Translations under genes and position numbers: made by a program
Source of the DNA: Antedon mediterranea
Taxonomy: Eukaryota > Animalia > Echinodermata
DNA length: 64,000 nt
Direction of reading: 5' to 3'
NCBI RefSeq assembly: GCF_964355755.1
Contig: NC_092678.1
Coordinates: forward strand, 23,267,365-23,331,364
Shown here: piece by piece, positions 1 to 12,482 of the stretch
Layout: each line of letters begins with the position of its first letter
Position numbering within the stretch: the stretch's first letter is position 1
The notes under the pieces: model-generated
The model's input: the letters and a program-made list of their open reading frames with translations, nothing else
The model's database searches: none
Told to the model about the DNA's origin: nothing

Positions 1-77
1 CAACTACAGTAACTACAATACCCTTGATAATTAACACTACAGCAGCAGGAAAGCCACGGACACCTTACCCAAACACT

Positions 78-584
78 GATAATCTCACCCAAATGTTGAT
101 AATCTCACCCAAATGTTGATAATCTCACCCAAATGTTGATAATCTCACCCAAATGTTGATAATCTCATCCAAATGTTGATAATCTCACCCAAATGTTGAT
201 AATCTCACCCAAATGTTGATAATCTCACCCAAATGTTGATAATCTCACCCAAATGTTGATAATCTCACCCAAATGTTGATAATCTCACCCAAATGTTGAT
301 AATCTCACCCAAATGTTGATAATCTCACCCAAATGTTGATAATCTCACCCAAATGTTGATAATCTCACCCAAATGTTGATAATCTCACCCAAATGTTGAT
401 AATCTCACCCAAATGTTGATAATCTCACCCAAATGTTGATAATCTCACCCAAATGTTGATAATCTCACCCAAATGTTGATAATCTCACCCAAATGTTGAT
501 AATCTCACCCAAATGTTGATAATCTCACCCAAATGTTGATAATCTCACCCAAATGTTGATAATCTCACCCAAATGTTGATAATC
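78..584. repeat. 20-bp minisatellite (GATAATCTCACCCAAATGTT) x~25
   Basis: Near-perfect tandem array in an ELAPOR intron. Confidence 0.97.
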
Positions 585-2199
585 ATTGGCATTGGTTAAA
601 ATATATAAAAACAGAAATTGTTTACCATTTTATATTTGTAAATTACCAACATTAATGTACTGTTCATAATGACAGGAAAAGGCGTGATGCTGACAGTATA
701 CAGTTTATACTATTTTAATGTATTGTATTGTGGTTTACGATTCACCGGTTTTTCTCGTATGTGTATTGTTAAATCAAGGAAAGAAATATGTAAAGTCTCA
801 ATAAATTCAAAGGCATTAGTAACTTACGTGTTAACTGAATACTATTGGTAAACTAAAGATATAGCTTAAAACCCAAGAATAGGCAAACTTAGGGCGGACT
901 TACACGCCGGTTACTGTAGGCTAACCAAGTTTAGGTAGGCTTACAACCAAAAACAGGCTAACTCAGGACTATGGTAATATTATTTATTCATTAATATTAA
1001 TAGTATGATATAAAGTCAAAGCCAATCTGAACTTGACTACTGTACGTAGTAATGCACAAACAAATCATTCATTTTTGGTGTTAAATAAATACAATGATCA
1101 AGAGTGATGCATATTATAAAAACTGTTGACGCATCGCAACAACAATTGTAATTGTTTAATGAGATCTAATTTGCATAATGATCATTGTATGGTGTTATTA
1201 ATTTGTATGAGAACAAATTACGTAGATGAATGCATTTATTAAATTCGACAAATCACTGTCAGGTTGATAATAAAAAATGCAGTATTTAAAAAAAAAATAA
1301 TTGAATGACAATCAAAATGAATCAGAAAATCACATGTCATTTGTACAGTGCAATAAATTTACCTAAATAGTATTTATAAATTTATTATTAGTATTTTAGA
1401 ATTTAATCACAAAAAAAGATGTTTCAGAATCATCAAAGAACCAGTTTGAACTATACTGTATATTATTACTAGATAAAAATAAAAGCACCAACTTTATTAT
1501 GTATATAGTTATTAATTTTTTAATTTTTTACTTTGTATAGTTGTTAATTTTACTCATTTGTTCTTGAAAATGGTTCCGAAACATCAATTCAACCAATTCA
1601 ATAATTTTAACCTACTCAATTAAAAACATCAATCAGAAATTATACATACAATAGTTCAGACAATTCAAATAATATTATTTACTACAAAAACAATACAATT
1701 AGTCAAATGCAGATTTTCCGAAATTGTACTGTTTAAAAATTACCATATTTCAAGACTACACTATTACCATATTTTATACATTATTAAACTAAATCTCTCC
1801 GATCAACATTAGCATAGCTAGCATCAGTCTACAGACTGAACACTTCAAACACGGTTAACTTGATATTATGCATACAGTAACAACTACCCACCACGTTGCT
1901 TAACGCATTGCAAATGTAGTTTTCTATACCGTAATTGCGTCAGTCTTTTATACCTAGGACAGGTCGTTGATCGTGTGCTTATAACTTAAAGCACGTTCTC
2001 CTCCATATCAATGTTATTTATCATGGTTTTGTGACATCATTACGACTAAATTTAGTTGTATACAAAATGTGGCAAAACCAAGCTCACTCCATCGCAGTTT
2101 AATTTGACAAATTACTGGTTGAATTCAAGTGATTATCCATTTTTTTGTCATGATTATACCAATGAATGAGTTAGTGTTTCAATTTAGCATATTACTTAC

Positions 2200-2323
2200 C
2201 ACAATCTACAGCACGTATGGGTGGTGGTGGCCCGCCATTTTCACACGTATCTGGATTTGGGACGGACACCCTCCATCGTACGCCGTCACTGTGACATTCC
2301 GTATATTCAAAATGGAAATCGCT
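2200..2323 (-). CDS. ELAPOR2: ELAPOR/KIAA1324(L) homolog, second coding exon; the gene continues beyond the left window edge
   Basis: ttttcttgcag|SDFHFEYTECHSDGVRWRVSVPNPDTC...VDC|gtaagt; matches the recalled ELAPOR motif LPxC-xx-DYHFEYTEC-xx-G-RWRV. Confidence 0.88.
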
Positions 2324-2470
2324 CTGCAAGAAAACAAAATAAATTCTTGATATGATAGGAAATCCTACAAATGTTAAGACTAGTTTTTATTGAATTCAAA
2401 CCTTCTTTTTTATTTACTCATTTCATTTCCACAAACACTTAAAACCAAGCCTTCTAGCTATCTAGTCTTT

Positions 2471-2872
2471 AGCCTTGTCTACACTATCAAACTTTATGAG
2501 AAAAAAAAATGTGATGTGCCATATATGGACATGATGATGTCATATCACTACCATGGGGACACAGCTTAAAACTATATCGTCCAAAACTTAGAGGAAATCT
2601 TATGTGCAGGGTCAACTTTTTTACCATCAGAGTCATACATCACTGGAATTCTCTGCCTGAATATGTAATACAAGCCTCTTCAGTGAACATCTTTAAGTCT
2701 AGACTTGAAAACTATTTTCGGCTAGAAATGGAATCTAATAGGCACTAGCCTAAACTATTTCCATCAAACATTAAGTGTAAGTGTAAGTGTAAGTGTATTT
2801 GGGAATATCACTACCATATTTGGGAACATCACACTTTTTTGTCAAACTACTGTACATAGTGTAGACAGAGCT
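2471..2872. mobile_element. Harbinger-like MITE copy interrupted by a LINE insertion
   Basis: TIRs AGCCTTGTCTACACTAT / ATAGTGTAGACAGAGCT; split at CACTACCAT|ATTTGGG. Confidence 0.85.
2555..2796 (+). mobile_element. 5'-truncated CR1-clade LINE 3' end
   Basis: Open frame GHSLKLYRPK...FFTIRVIHHWNSLPEYVIQASSVNIFKSRLE (CR1 ORF2 C-terminus), stop at 2746-2748, then a (GTGTAA)n tail. Confidence 0.85.
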
Positions 2873-4349
2873 TTAAAACGTTTTTTTTTATAATTGTAAT
2901 ATCCTATAACTTTATTTTACAGCTGGATGTAAATTGTATTTCAATTGATTGCAGTTTAGTTTATAATTTTTGATTCAATAATTTAACAAGATAGAAATAA
3001 ACTCTAGGGCTTAATTAATATGTAGGCCTACAGTGAACATTAGATATACAGTAAATTGTTCTCCTCTACAGTATATCCTTTTACATCATCATTTGGTTAA
3101 CTGTTATTCCAAATCATTTATCCCTAAGTCAATTACAGTTTTCAACAACAACGTTACTAGATAATTTGGTTCTGTTTTAGTAATTTACTGTGTTATCTTT
3201 TTTGTGCAATTTTGTATAGTGTGTATAATGTTCTTATATATTTATTGTTCTTTTTAATAGTGTACAAAAATCAAATTTCCGATGATATGTTTTATTGGAC
3301 CAAATAAATGCTGTGAGAGCAGCGCATTATCATTATCATTAAATTATTTATTGTTTCATAAAACAATAAAACAAGAATGGTGTTCTTTTGTTTAAATGTT
3401 TACATGAACTTTGACCTGTCAAATTAATTTTTCATTTCTCACCCATGGGATATCTGACAAGTGTTTGTAATAGATACAGTATTCTATTGTTGAACGTTGT
3501 CTATTGTGTTATAGTAACTCATACTGCGGTTACAGATCATTTATTCAAAATGTTACGCATGCTTGATTTTATTCTCACATTTTAAATATCTTCTATTATA
3601 AATAATTTTCTTTTCACCAGCATGCACAATAAAATTACGAACCATTTCATATTGTTCAAGGAAAGTTGACATACCATCAATAAATCACATTTTACAGCAT
3701 TTTTATACTTTGCTTATTTTGGTTTAATAATTATCTAAAGCTCAACGTCTTTAATGTTAAATGCAGTTTGTTTAAATTTCATTGAATTGCCGACAAAATG
3801 TTCATGGAGTTTAGTTTTAGGCTGAACAATATTCACTATTTATTGATTCAATATAAAAAATCAAATCCTAATGTCACAGCAAAAGAAGGTTTACATATTT
3901 ATATCAAATGCCTTTAAGTCAGTTTCATATGTAAATTTTAACATTCAACAACCCAGATATTAATCATCAAATCAATAATTTGCATGCAGTTATGAATTTG
4001 CTGCCCATCATGAAGACTAGAACAGAATGTTAAATACTTTTTTAAAACAAGTGGGCATTCAATTCGAAATACAGTACAGTATGTATTGAAACACGTAGCA
4101 CAGTCAATAAATACTGTACCTAGTTTAGATAGTAGAGTATAATAAAATGATATTACAAAATAAGATATTACAAATATAGCTTAACTAATATCTACACATA
4201 TCCATACACAACAAATGCATGTCACAATTATTGTGATTGGGGTCATTGCAGACCCTATCACAACACAAACAGGTTTGTTGTATTTATTTTTTTTTAATGC
4301 ATTAAATTAAAATTACTTCAATATTGAAACAAATAAATGAAAAGCATAC

Positions 4350-4577
4350 CAATTGGCAGGTTGGTAAAGTCTGTTTAGATGAACCCCCGACAGCAGCTCC
4401 ACCTGGCGGTCCATCAGTGGAGGATGCAGGCGTTTCAATCTTCTTCTTCTTGTTAGCAGCAGCCGAGCCCAGGTGAGTGCCACACAGGAGGAGCAGTGTG
4501 AAAACACAAATCATAACAGCTGGCCTACTACTGAACACGCTGACAATATACCTTTTTATTGGACTACAAGAAGCCAT
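4350..4577 (-). CDS. ELAPOR2: ELAPOR/KIAA1324(L) (UPF0577) homolog, first coding exon with signal peptide
   Basis: MASCSP...VMICVFTLLLLCGTHLGSAAA...TLPTCQL|gtatgc; phase 0 into the next exon. Confidence 0.82.
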
Positions 4578-4788
4578 AATTACACTTTTCAATACAGGTA
4601 AATGTCAAATATTATACAAGGTTACCTCTACTGAACTCGGTTAAGGTATATTAGCTAGTAAATTGCTAATAATATGAAATAAAAATGATGATAAAATCAC
4701 TGTCTGTTCAGTTGTACACACACAGCAGACGATGATTTTGATGGAAAAAATTAAAATACACGAGCCGTATATAGCGCCATCAACGTTA

Positions 4789-4797
4789 TGTAAACAA
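4789..4797 (+). promoter_or_regulatory. Forkhead (FOXJ1-type) motif
   Basis: TGTAAACAA about 50 bp from the X-box; short motif that is common by chance. Confidence 0.4.
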
Positions 4798-4847
4798 CGT
4801 CTAGGTTTGAATGACCAGACGTTGTACACGCTGTACACAATTGCATA

Positions 4848-4860
4848 GTTGCTAGGCAAC
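4848..4860. promoter_or_regulatory. RFX X-box
   Basis: GTTGCTAGGCAAC (reverse complement GTTGCCTAGCAAC), 100 bp upstream of a ciliary-gene ATG. Confidence 0.8.
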
Positions 4861-4960
4861 ACAACGCTGATTGCTGTTTTTATTTTTACATTCATTTACA
4901 CACATGGATGCCGAATAGAACACAACATACATTTGTTGTTTCTGACCTTATATTATAAAT

Positions 4961-6581
4961 ATGGATATGTCTAAGTCTTCTAGGAACCCATATCCCTTTC
5001 CACAGATTCAAAATGATGATGATTTTGTAGGCCAAAACACAGTACAGGTACGTACATAGAAAATTAATAGAACAGTGAGTTTAGAGTATTTACAACGATG
5101 AACTTTTTGCTTTACCTTAGTTTTAGGCCTACTAGCCTAGCTAGGCCTACACACAGTCAGAGAGAGAGTAGCCTACTAGCTAGGCCCTAGGGCATAGAAC
5201 CTACTACCTAGGCCTCTATCGGTCCCTCTATCTAGGCATAGTCTCCTATAAGTAACAATAAGACTAGTAGGCCTAGCTAGGATAGGCCTAGGCCTAGTTA
5301 GAACTAGCCTAGGCTGGATATTGTTGTTGTATGTAAGTTGAACTAGGCCTAGCTAGGCCCGCCCTGCTCTATGTCTGGTGGGCCCTTATATTATACTAGC
5401 CTAGGCTAGTAGGCCTATATACACACTAGGCCTAGCCTAGGCCTAGTTAAGAAAATAATATACTAGCTAGGCCTAGCCTATACTAGGGTCTAGCCTAGGT
5501 AGGTACAGTACTTACAAATGTTATTCATAATTTCAGAAAGGGCCGTACAACGATCCAACACATCTTGCCCAAAGGAAAGATCCATGGAATCGATTAAACT
5601 CAACATGTACTCTAGCAAGCGCAAGACGAGAAGTTTTCCACTATGATCCACGGGTAAGTATTGCAATCCACTGGCTCATTCACCAAAATATTTACTGTAT
5701 AGGCCTAGGCCTAGATAGACTAAAATTGTCCCTTTTTTAAATAGTGGTGTGAATGGTAGTTGCCCTCCATTTCCCCATATTTAATATAAAGGAACATATC
5801 CCCTTAGTATCCCCTGTATAATAATCCTTTTAAGTAAAACAAGTTCATTAAATTTTATGATATTATTTTGCAGGCACCACATGATAGCTTAGATTTTGTT
5901 TTAAAAGCAGACTACAACCACCATGGCCAATTTTTAAATAGCAAAGCAGAAACACTTCACCAATTGGAAACATTTACAGAAAACCATGGGTAGGTTTTCA
6001 AATATTGCCTCAGAAATGTATACAATATTATGTGTTATCATCATTTTAGTGTCTTTATGAGTTGCAGCTAATGCACTTGTCAATTGTATGACCCACTATC
6101 CTGACGCAGGGGTGCGTCAAAAAACCTAGATGGTACGTCACATCAATGAACAAGGTGTGTCAATGTCCGTCACTTTACCACCCACCATATCATAAACAAC
6201 ATGGTCACAGTGCGTCAAAATGGGTGCGTCATGGTCACCTAAAGGTAAGTCACCTTTTTGACACACAGGTGCGTCATGGTATTCAAAAGTATGACGCACA
6301 TCGGACAAATGACGCACCTCTCCCGGGGGTCGTATAGTGGGTCATACAATTGACAAGTGCATAATAATGTTGATATTTTTCACAGACGTATACTAAAAAA
6401 TAGAGTCAAAGAAGAAGAGAGAGAATTCGATCCAATGTCTCCTCCGCTACGCAGAATTGAAATCCTCAATCCTAAACGAGAGGATATCAACAGCATTGAG
6501 GGAGCCATTGAAAGTCATCACAGCGCCCAGACAAACAATGGTTACTCACGAAAACACGACGGAGGCTTCTACACCACCTAA
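4961..6581 (+). CDS. CFAP276: CFAP276/C1orf194 homolog (ciliary microtubule inner protein), 4 exons, 171 aa
   Basis: Exons 4961-5047, 5537-5653, 5874-5989, 6386-6581 (516 nt, in phase). Translation [22 protein letters not shown]...[17 protein letters not shown]...[14 protein letters not shown]...[37 protein letters not shown] matches C1orf194 motifs recalled from memory (PTHLAQ, PWSRLNST, YNHH, GYSRKxDGGFF). Confidence 0.9.
5120..5500. repeat. TAGGCCTA/CTAG palindromic low-complexity tract in CFAP276 intron 1
   Basis: Many ctaggcctag motifs. Confidence 0.75.
6071..6362. mobile_element. Foldback/MITE with 29-bp perfect TIRs in the last CFAP276 intron
   Basis: ATGCACTTGTCAATTGTATGACCCACTAT (6071-6099) and its reverse complement (6334-6362); internal GTGCGTCA repeats. 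Confidence 0.8.
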
Positions 6582-7599
6582 GTGCCTTTTAATGAACTAT
6601 TTAAGATAATCTAAAGCAATCCATGTTACATCCATGTTGTATAGTGCTGTACTGTATACTAGAAACAAAACAACTTTATATAATCAATATTGTAGCCATT
6701 AATAAACAAAATATTAAATAGTTTTGTAATTGTTTTGGTATTACTAAAATCCTTCCATGTACAATATTATTGTCTTTGAGATAGGTTTATACGTGTGCTT
6801 TAACTTTAGCATTAATATTAAGGGAGGCTGGCAGTGGAATCAACTTTCATTGTAAGCTTATATAAGAATTCCTAAGTAAATGTATTCAAGCAAACAAATT
6901 ATAATAAATAATTATCACTGCTGGTATTTAATCATTAACAGTGATTTTTTTGTAAACACTTGCAAACTGTTTTAAACATCAGTGCCTTGTATATCAATAT
7001 AATATCTAGCTTAGCTCTCACCCTAAATTGTTTAAATAATAAGGCAAAAAATAGGACTTCCATTCTTCAGTATTGTGGTCTCCCATTGCAAACTATATGC
7101 ATTTCCATAGTGCCTTTAACATGTTGGTTATTAATATGTTTATTACAGTAGATTTCTTGTATTTAATATCGAACAAATATCAAAAAAACTATTTTGTAGT
7201 CTGCTGTTTGTATTAATGATGATTGTAATGTATGTGTTTATTTAATAGGTCACAGGTAAATATGGAGTGAATGGTATTAATATTAATAATATATTATTTC
7301 AGGTTTATCAAATTATTAATTACATATACCAAAGAATAATAATGCAACCTCTTTGTCTAATTTAACTTTAAAATGTTAAGTGATAATTTTTAAGTTAATT
7401 TTGTTAAATATTGCCATAATAAAATCAAAAGCGAACATATTTTCCTAAAATTCAGAATCTATTCTTCATAATTAAATTTATTAAATGTGTACTAACATTC
7501 AAAGATCAAATGTATTTGTATATTGAACAAATTAAAATGCGAGTGTATCAAATGGATGTACTGTCTGTCATTAATGTGTTCTTTATGGCCGACGTTTGT

Positions 7600-8055
7600 C
7601 AATTAGTCTTATATTTGTTTGAATAATGGATGAAACCAAGACAGGACTCTTTAAAGCATCTCTCGTCCAGTGCCCACCATGACCTGAGGAGAGGCATAGC
7701 CAATAGTAGATGCGTGGGCTGCCATAATGGGACGACCCCAGCTCCATATATACATCACTCGACCTTGGTTGGTGCTATTATTGATCAAGGGCTTTTCTAG
7801 TCCAGTGCCCACCTTGACCAGAGGAGAGGCATAGCCAATAGTAGATGCGGGGGCTGCCATAATGGGACGACCCCAGCTCCATATATACATCACTCGACCT
7901 TGGTTGGTGCTATTATTGATCAAGGGCTTTTCTAGTCCAGTGCCCACCTTGACCAGAGGAGAGGCATAAGCCAATACTAGATGCAGGGGCTGCCATAAAT
8001 GGGACGACCCCAGCTCCGTATATACATCACCCGATATTCCCAGATCATCTCCCAT
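7600..8055. repeat. Dispersed repeat with an internal ~135-bp tandem triplication; inverted relative at ~37350-37565
   Basis: Repeated TCCAGTGCCCACC...GGCTGCCATAATGGGACGACCCCAGCTCC; explains ORF 7651-8055. Confidence 0.75.
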
Positions 8056-8117
8056 CCAAGCTCTTTTTACTTATTCTAACCACCAAATTTCATTCGTACC
8101 TCGTTAATATGAAAATT

Positions 8118-8286
8118 AATAATAATAATACGAATTTGTAATGCGCCAATTCCAACAGTAAGTGATCAAATGAGAGAGCTCAATTTAAAAGAAAAAGATG
8201 AGTTTTCAAGGCAGATTTAAAGGTGATAGTAGAAGAACATGATCTAACAGAGGCGGATAGGTCATTCCATAAGCGAGAGGTAGCAT
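8118..8286 (-). mobile_element. L2/CR1-group LINE 3' end fragment
   Basis: SRLWNDLSASVRSCSSTITFKSALKTHLF followed by a (TAT)n tail. Confidence 0.75.
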
Positions 8287-9613
8287 CGTATCGTAACCAC
8301 TCAAATCTGTACAATTAAATCAAATTGAAGTAATAATGTAATCATTTACCAACACACTTATCTTTATTATTCAAGTAACTGATTTTAGATGACTAACAAC
8401 ATGTACTACAAATGTATATATAGAAGATATAAATGATCTCTTGACTTCTACCAAGTCCTTAGAATGAGGTTTACCTGCAGTAGTGTTGTTAAAATACTCA
8501 TATAATCTGTCTTAAAAAATGGGCAGTAAGAGTTACTTCTTTCAAAAATTCTAGGAAAATATACTTCTTTCAGAAAAAGTTTGTTCACACAACATTATCC
8601 CGTTTAATTCTTCTTTTTTTTATGCAACATATCTATATCACTACACCTGGTGAATTGCATTACAACTCATGTTTTTGCGCATTTCTTTGTAATTTTAAAA
8701 CATGGGTTTGTTTACTAAGAATTTTGACTGCTTATGCTGAATACGTTTCAAATGTTAACCAATTGTCAGTGCTGTATCATACGTAAATTTTGAAATACAG
8801 TACAACATATAGTATCACATGTGACATCTATATCACATGTGATACATATCTGATGCTGTATTATAGAATTACATATGATACTAGCATATATGCCATGTGT
8901 GGAAATACAGTACAGAGAATTGGGTATAAATATTAAACAATTAACTACAGATTAAATGATGAGCTTATCTCCTCTTAATAATAATTGTTTACCTGTCTCT
9001 AACAATTTTATGTTATTATTTTACAGCACAATGTATATTTTAAAATGAAGGTAAATACATTGAACTGTAAATACCGAGACCCAACGCATATATATGACAA
9101 CATGTAAGAGGAACAAGGCAAGATAAAAGTGGGATCTCACATAGCATTTCAGAAATTTTCAAAAATCTCACCAAAATAATCTTCAAACCTTAACCTTTTC
9201 AAAAGCTCTCTTTAAAAAGCCCTTTCAAAAATAACTTTACTTTCATCATAGGAAAATTGCAGATATAGTATATCATATTATCATCATATCATAATTCATT
9301 CCTTATATTTGGCAGAGAAGTCATATATTAACATTACTTTAGGAAAACTTACTTACGGTGCAGATGATTAATATTTAAATTAAAAATTCTTGATAGATTA
9401 CAGTGATCAATAAAGTGTATCCCAACCCCACCCAATTGAGGAGGAGGAAACACAACAAATCTACAGAAACTGATTGGTGTCTATAACCACTGTGGGCGGG
9501 GCTTAAATAATCTGACCAATAAAATTACTGCTCCCAGTAGGTACAATTCCTATAGTAATGATAGAGATACCCTTTCCATTTATAAACTCTTTTACTTTAA
9601 ATAACTTCCTTTA

Positions 9614-9824
9614 AGTTCCATTCACACTGTGCCCAAATTCGGTCCGGTGGCCAGAGAAACTTTGAGCTATGTTACAGTTTCCACACACATGCGTTTGTAC
9701 AGAATCTAGAATATGTTAGTCTGAATAGTTGTTAAACACTGCACCCATTTTTAAAAATTTTTCGTTTTAAATCATTTTTTTTTCGGCCGCCGGACCCGAA
9801 TTCGCGCTCAGTGTGAAAGCATCT
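9614..9824. mobile_element. MITE with TTCACACTG...CAGTGTGAA subterminal inverted repeats (relative at ~14494-14660)
   Basis: Imperfect TIRs ttcacactgtgcccaaattcggtccgg / ccggacccgaattcgcgctcagtgtgaa. Confidence 0.6.
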
Positions 9825-10358
9825 TTACACAGCCTTTATAATACATTGTTTAGAATGTCATCAGATATGAAAACCTATACACAAGGAGTCTATTCTACAA
9901 GATAAAACATATTCCACTTTACTCACTTTTGAAACACTTTGGTATGTATAACGAGTGGCCTATCCATAAATAAATATTCACATTCATACTTTTAAGTCTT
10001 AATTTAAAAATCTACTTACAACAGATCTACAAAGCAATTTTAAAATATCGTAATTTAACATTTATTCATAGATTAATTATCGTATACGGTATATACAATG
10101 TCTAATATCTAAAAATTACGCAATAGCAACCTAGATGATGATGATGACAAACACATTTATTCTGTACATAATCATTTTAGTTTGTAAGATATTAACAAGA
10201 TCAGTGTAGTAGTAATAGTAATATACAATAACAAAATATGAACCTTTTTTATGAACGAAAAAAAGAAAATAAATTCCATTTAAACATGGCAAAACAATAA
10301 AGGCATGATAATTTTTTTAATAAGTTTGATTTCAGAACAATCATGCTTACACTGTTAA

Positions 10359-11054
10359 TATAGGATAGATCATAGTGTTAAGCCTTTCCTGGTATCAACT
10401 TGTGCCCATTTACTCTCCTTGGCGGTATTAGGAGATATAGGATAGATCATAGTGTTAAGCCTTTCCTGGTATCAACTAGTGCCCATTTACTCTCCTTGGC
10501 GGTATTAGGAGATATAGGATAGATCATAGTGTTAAGCCTTTCCTGGTATCAACTAGTGCCCATTTACTCTCCTTGGCGGTATTAGGAGATATAGGATAGA
10601 TCATAGTGTTAAGCCTTTCCTGGTATCAACTAGTGCCCATTTACTCTCCTTGGCGGTATTAGGAGATATAGGATAGATCATAGTGTTAAGCCTTTCCTGG
10701 TATCAACTAGTGCCCATTTACTCTCCTTGGCGGTATTAGGAGATATAGGATAGATCATAGTGTTAAGCCTTTCCTGGTATCAACTAGTGCCCATTTACTC
10801 TCCTTGGCGGTATTAGGAGATATAGGATAGATCATAGTGTTAAGCCTTTCCTGGTATCAACTAGTGCCCATTTACTCTCCTTGGCGGTATTAGGAGATAT
10901 AGGATAGATCATAGTGTTAAGCCTTTCCTGGTATCAACTAGTGCCCATTTACTCTCCTTGGCGGTATTAGGAGATATAGGATAGATCATAGTGTTAAGCC
11001 TTTCCTGGTATCAACTAGTGCCCATTTACTCTCCTTGGCGGTATTAGGAGATAT
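10359..11054. repeat. 77-bp minisatellite x9
   Basis: Near-identical units TAGGATAGATCATAGTGTTAAGCC...GGAGATA. Confidence 0.97.
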
Positions 11055-12289
11055 GAAAGCAGTAAAAACAAATTTAAAACTAGTACATTTTTTAAAATAA
11101 CTTTAAGCAATGTGTAAATAGTTGTGCACTAAATGGATAACCACAGTTCTCTTATAGTAAAATTTAAAACGGATTTAAAAAATGATAAAAACTTTTTTTT
11201 TCATTATAAACAGTTAAAAATCGCAGTATTACATATTAATTTTGCAATAAAAATCAAGGTAATTTACATAAATTAATAGTAAAAAAAAAATGAAAATAGT
11301 TTTAAAATATTTGTCATTATTTAGTTTTTAAAATTTCCTCATAATTTTATATTTTACGGTATATATAGCATAACTTAGCAGAACATACTATGTATGAATG
11401 ATATACTAATTAACACAGTGCATTATACTCTATTATATTCAATAGCATATACTATAACATACTGTAGTATATTCAATAGCAAATACTATATATGATATAG
11501 AGCATTTTAATAATTCAACAACTTTATAAAATACAGTTTGATGAACTAGTAATCATAGCAAAAAATATAAATGTCCTTAACTGTTTGAAGTATTGTCACA
11601 TCACGATTGTCACTCACTATTTAAATGTCATTGAGTCAAATAAAGTGGTTAAAATAAGTCTAAAAACCTCATTGGAATGTTCATTCTGCCAATTTTATTA
11701 ATTTAAAGTGAATAATTAAATATTTTTCTTGTTTCTTAATATGCCTATATTTTTTTCAGATGTTTTAATTTGCATGGCACGGCACTGTACAGTTAGAGTT
11801 TCAAATAATTACCAAACACACGAATAAAATTAGTTATGAAAACAATTTTTATAAACAAAATTTGTTAAAAGATTATTGTGACTGAATCACAACTCTTTAT
11901 TATCGACAAAATAAAACATTTATTTTACACATAAAACTTACAAGTTATAGGGAGATTAAAAAGTATCAAAAGATGCGGTAATGGTTAAAACAGAGAAAAA
12001 ATAGATTTGTTAACACGATTTAAACTAGCTACAAAGGAATAACCTTGGATGTTTTCACTGTAAAGAATATTGCTTTTGTTGTACATATAACTTTCTTTTT
12101 TCAGTGTATACTTCACAATCAAACAAAAAACCAAACAATTTAGACTTAATATCGGATGGAATTCACATTTTTTTGTAACGGTTCACACCCGTTTTCTTTA
12201 ACATTATCCAACAGAAATTGCAAACGTAAACTTAACCTCACAAATATTTGCGAAATAAACTTAAATTTCTATAAAAATAACGTCGGCTT

Positions 12290-12482
12290 TCATACTAGAC
12301 TCTGCATGGCGTTATTCTCGGCTGCCTCTTCTGCTTTCTTCCTCTTATCACTATACTGACCGATGAACGAGCCGTCTTCATCAAAGTTTCCTGTGATGCC
12401 ATCAGCGTAACCAGCTAGACTGTCCTCATCACTGCTCTCCTCCTCCTCTGGTTCATGTACCGGCAGGTTACCATCCGTACCT
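12290..12482 (-). CDS. L1CAM: L1-family last coding exon, FIGQY ankyrin-binding motif, ends QSLV*
   Basis: DEDSLAGYADGITGNFDEDGSFIGQYSDKRKK...AMQSLV-TGA; not in the ORF track. Confidence 0.96.

Larger units (their letters stand above)
4578..4960. promoter_or_regulatory. Bidirectional promoter region shared by ELAPOR-like (-) and CFAP276 (+)
   Basis: Divergent ATGs separated by 383 bp. Confidence 0.8.

Noticed and set aside
78-584. CRISPR-like appearance of the 20-bp, 77-bp and 126-bp arrays
   Set aside because: No unique spacers, no cas genes, eukaryotic context; these are plain minisatellites.
5643-5653. ATG ATC CAC GG|gtaag as the start of a 68-aa microprotein
   Set aside because: The correct frame is ...HYDPR|, an internal CFAP276 exon; the true start is at 4961 or 4967.
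7651-8055. 134-aa ORF with an internal repeat
   Set aside because: It derives from a tandemly duplicated dispersed repeat that is also found near 37350-37565.
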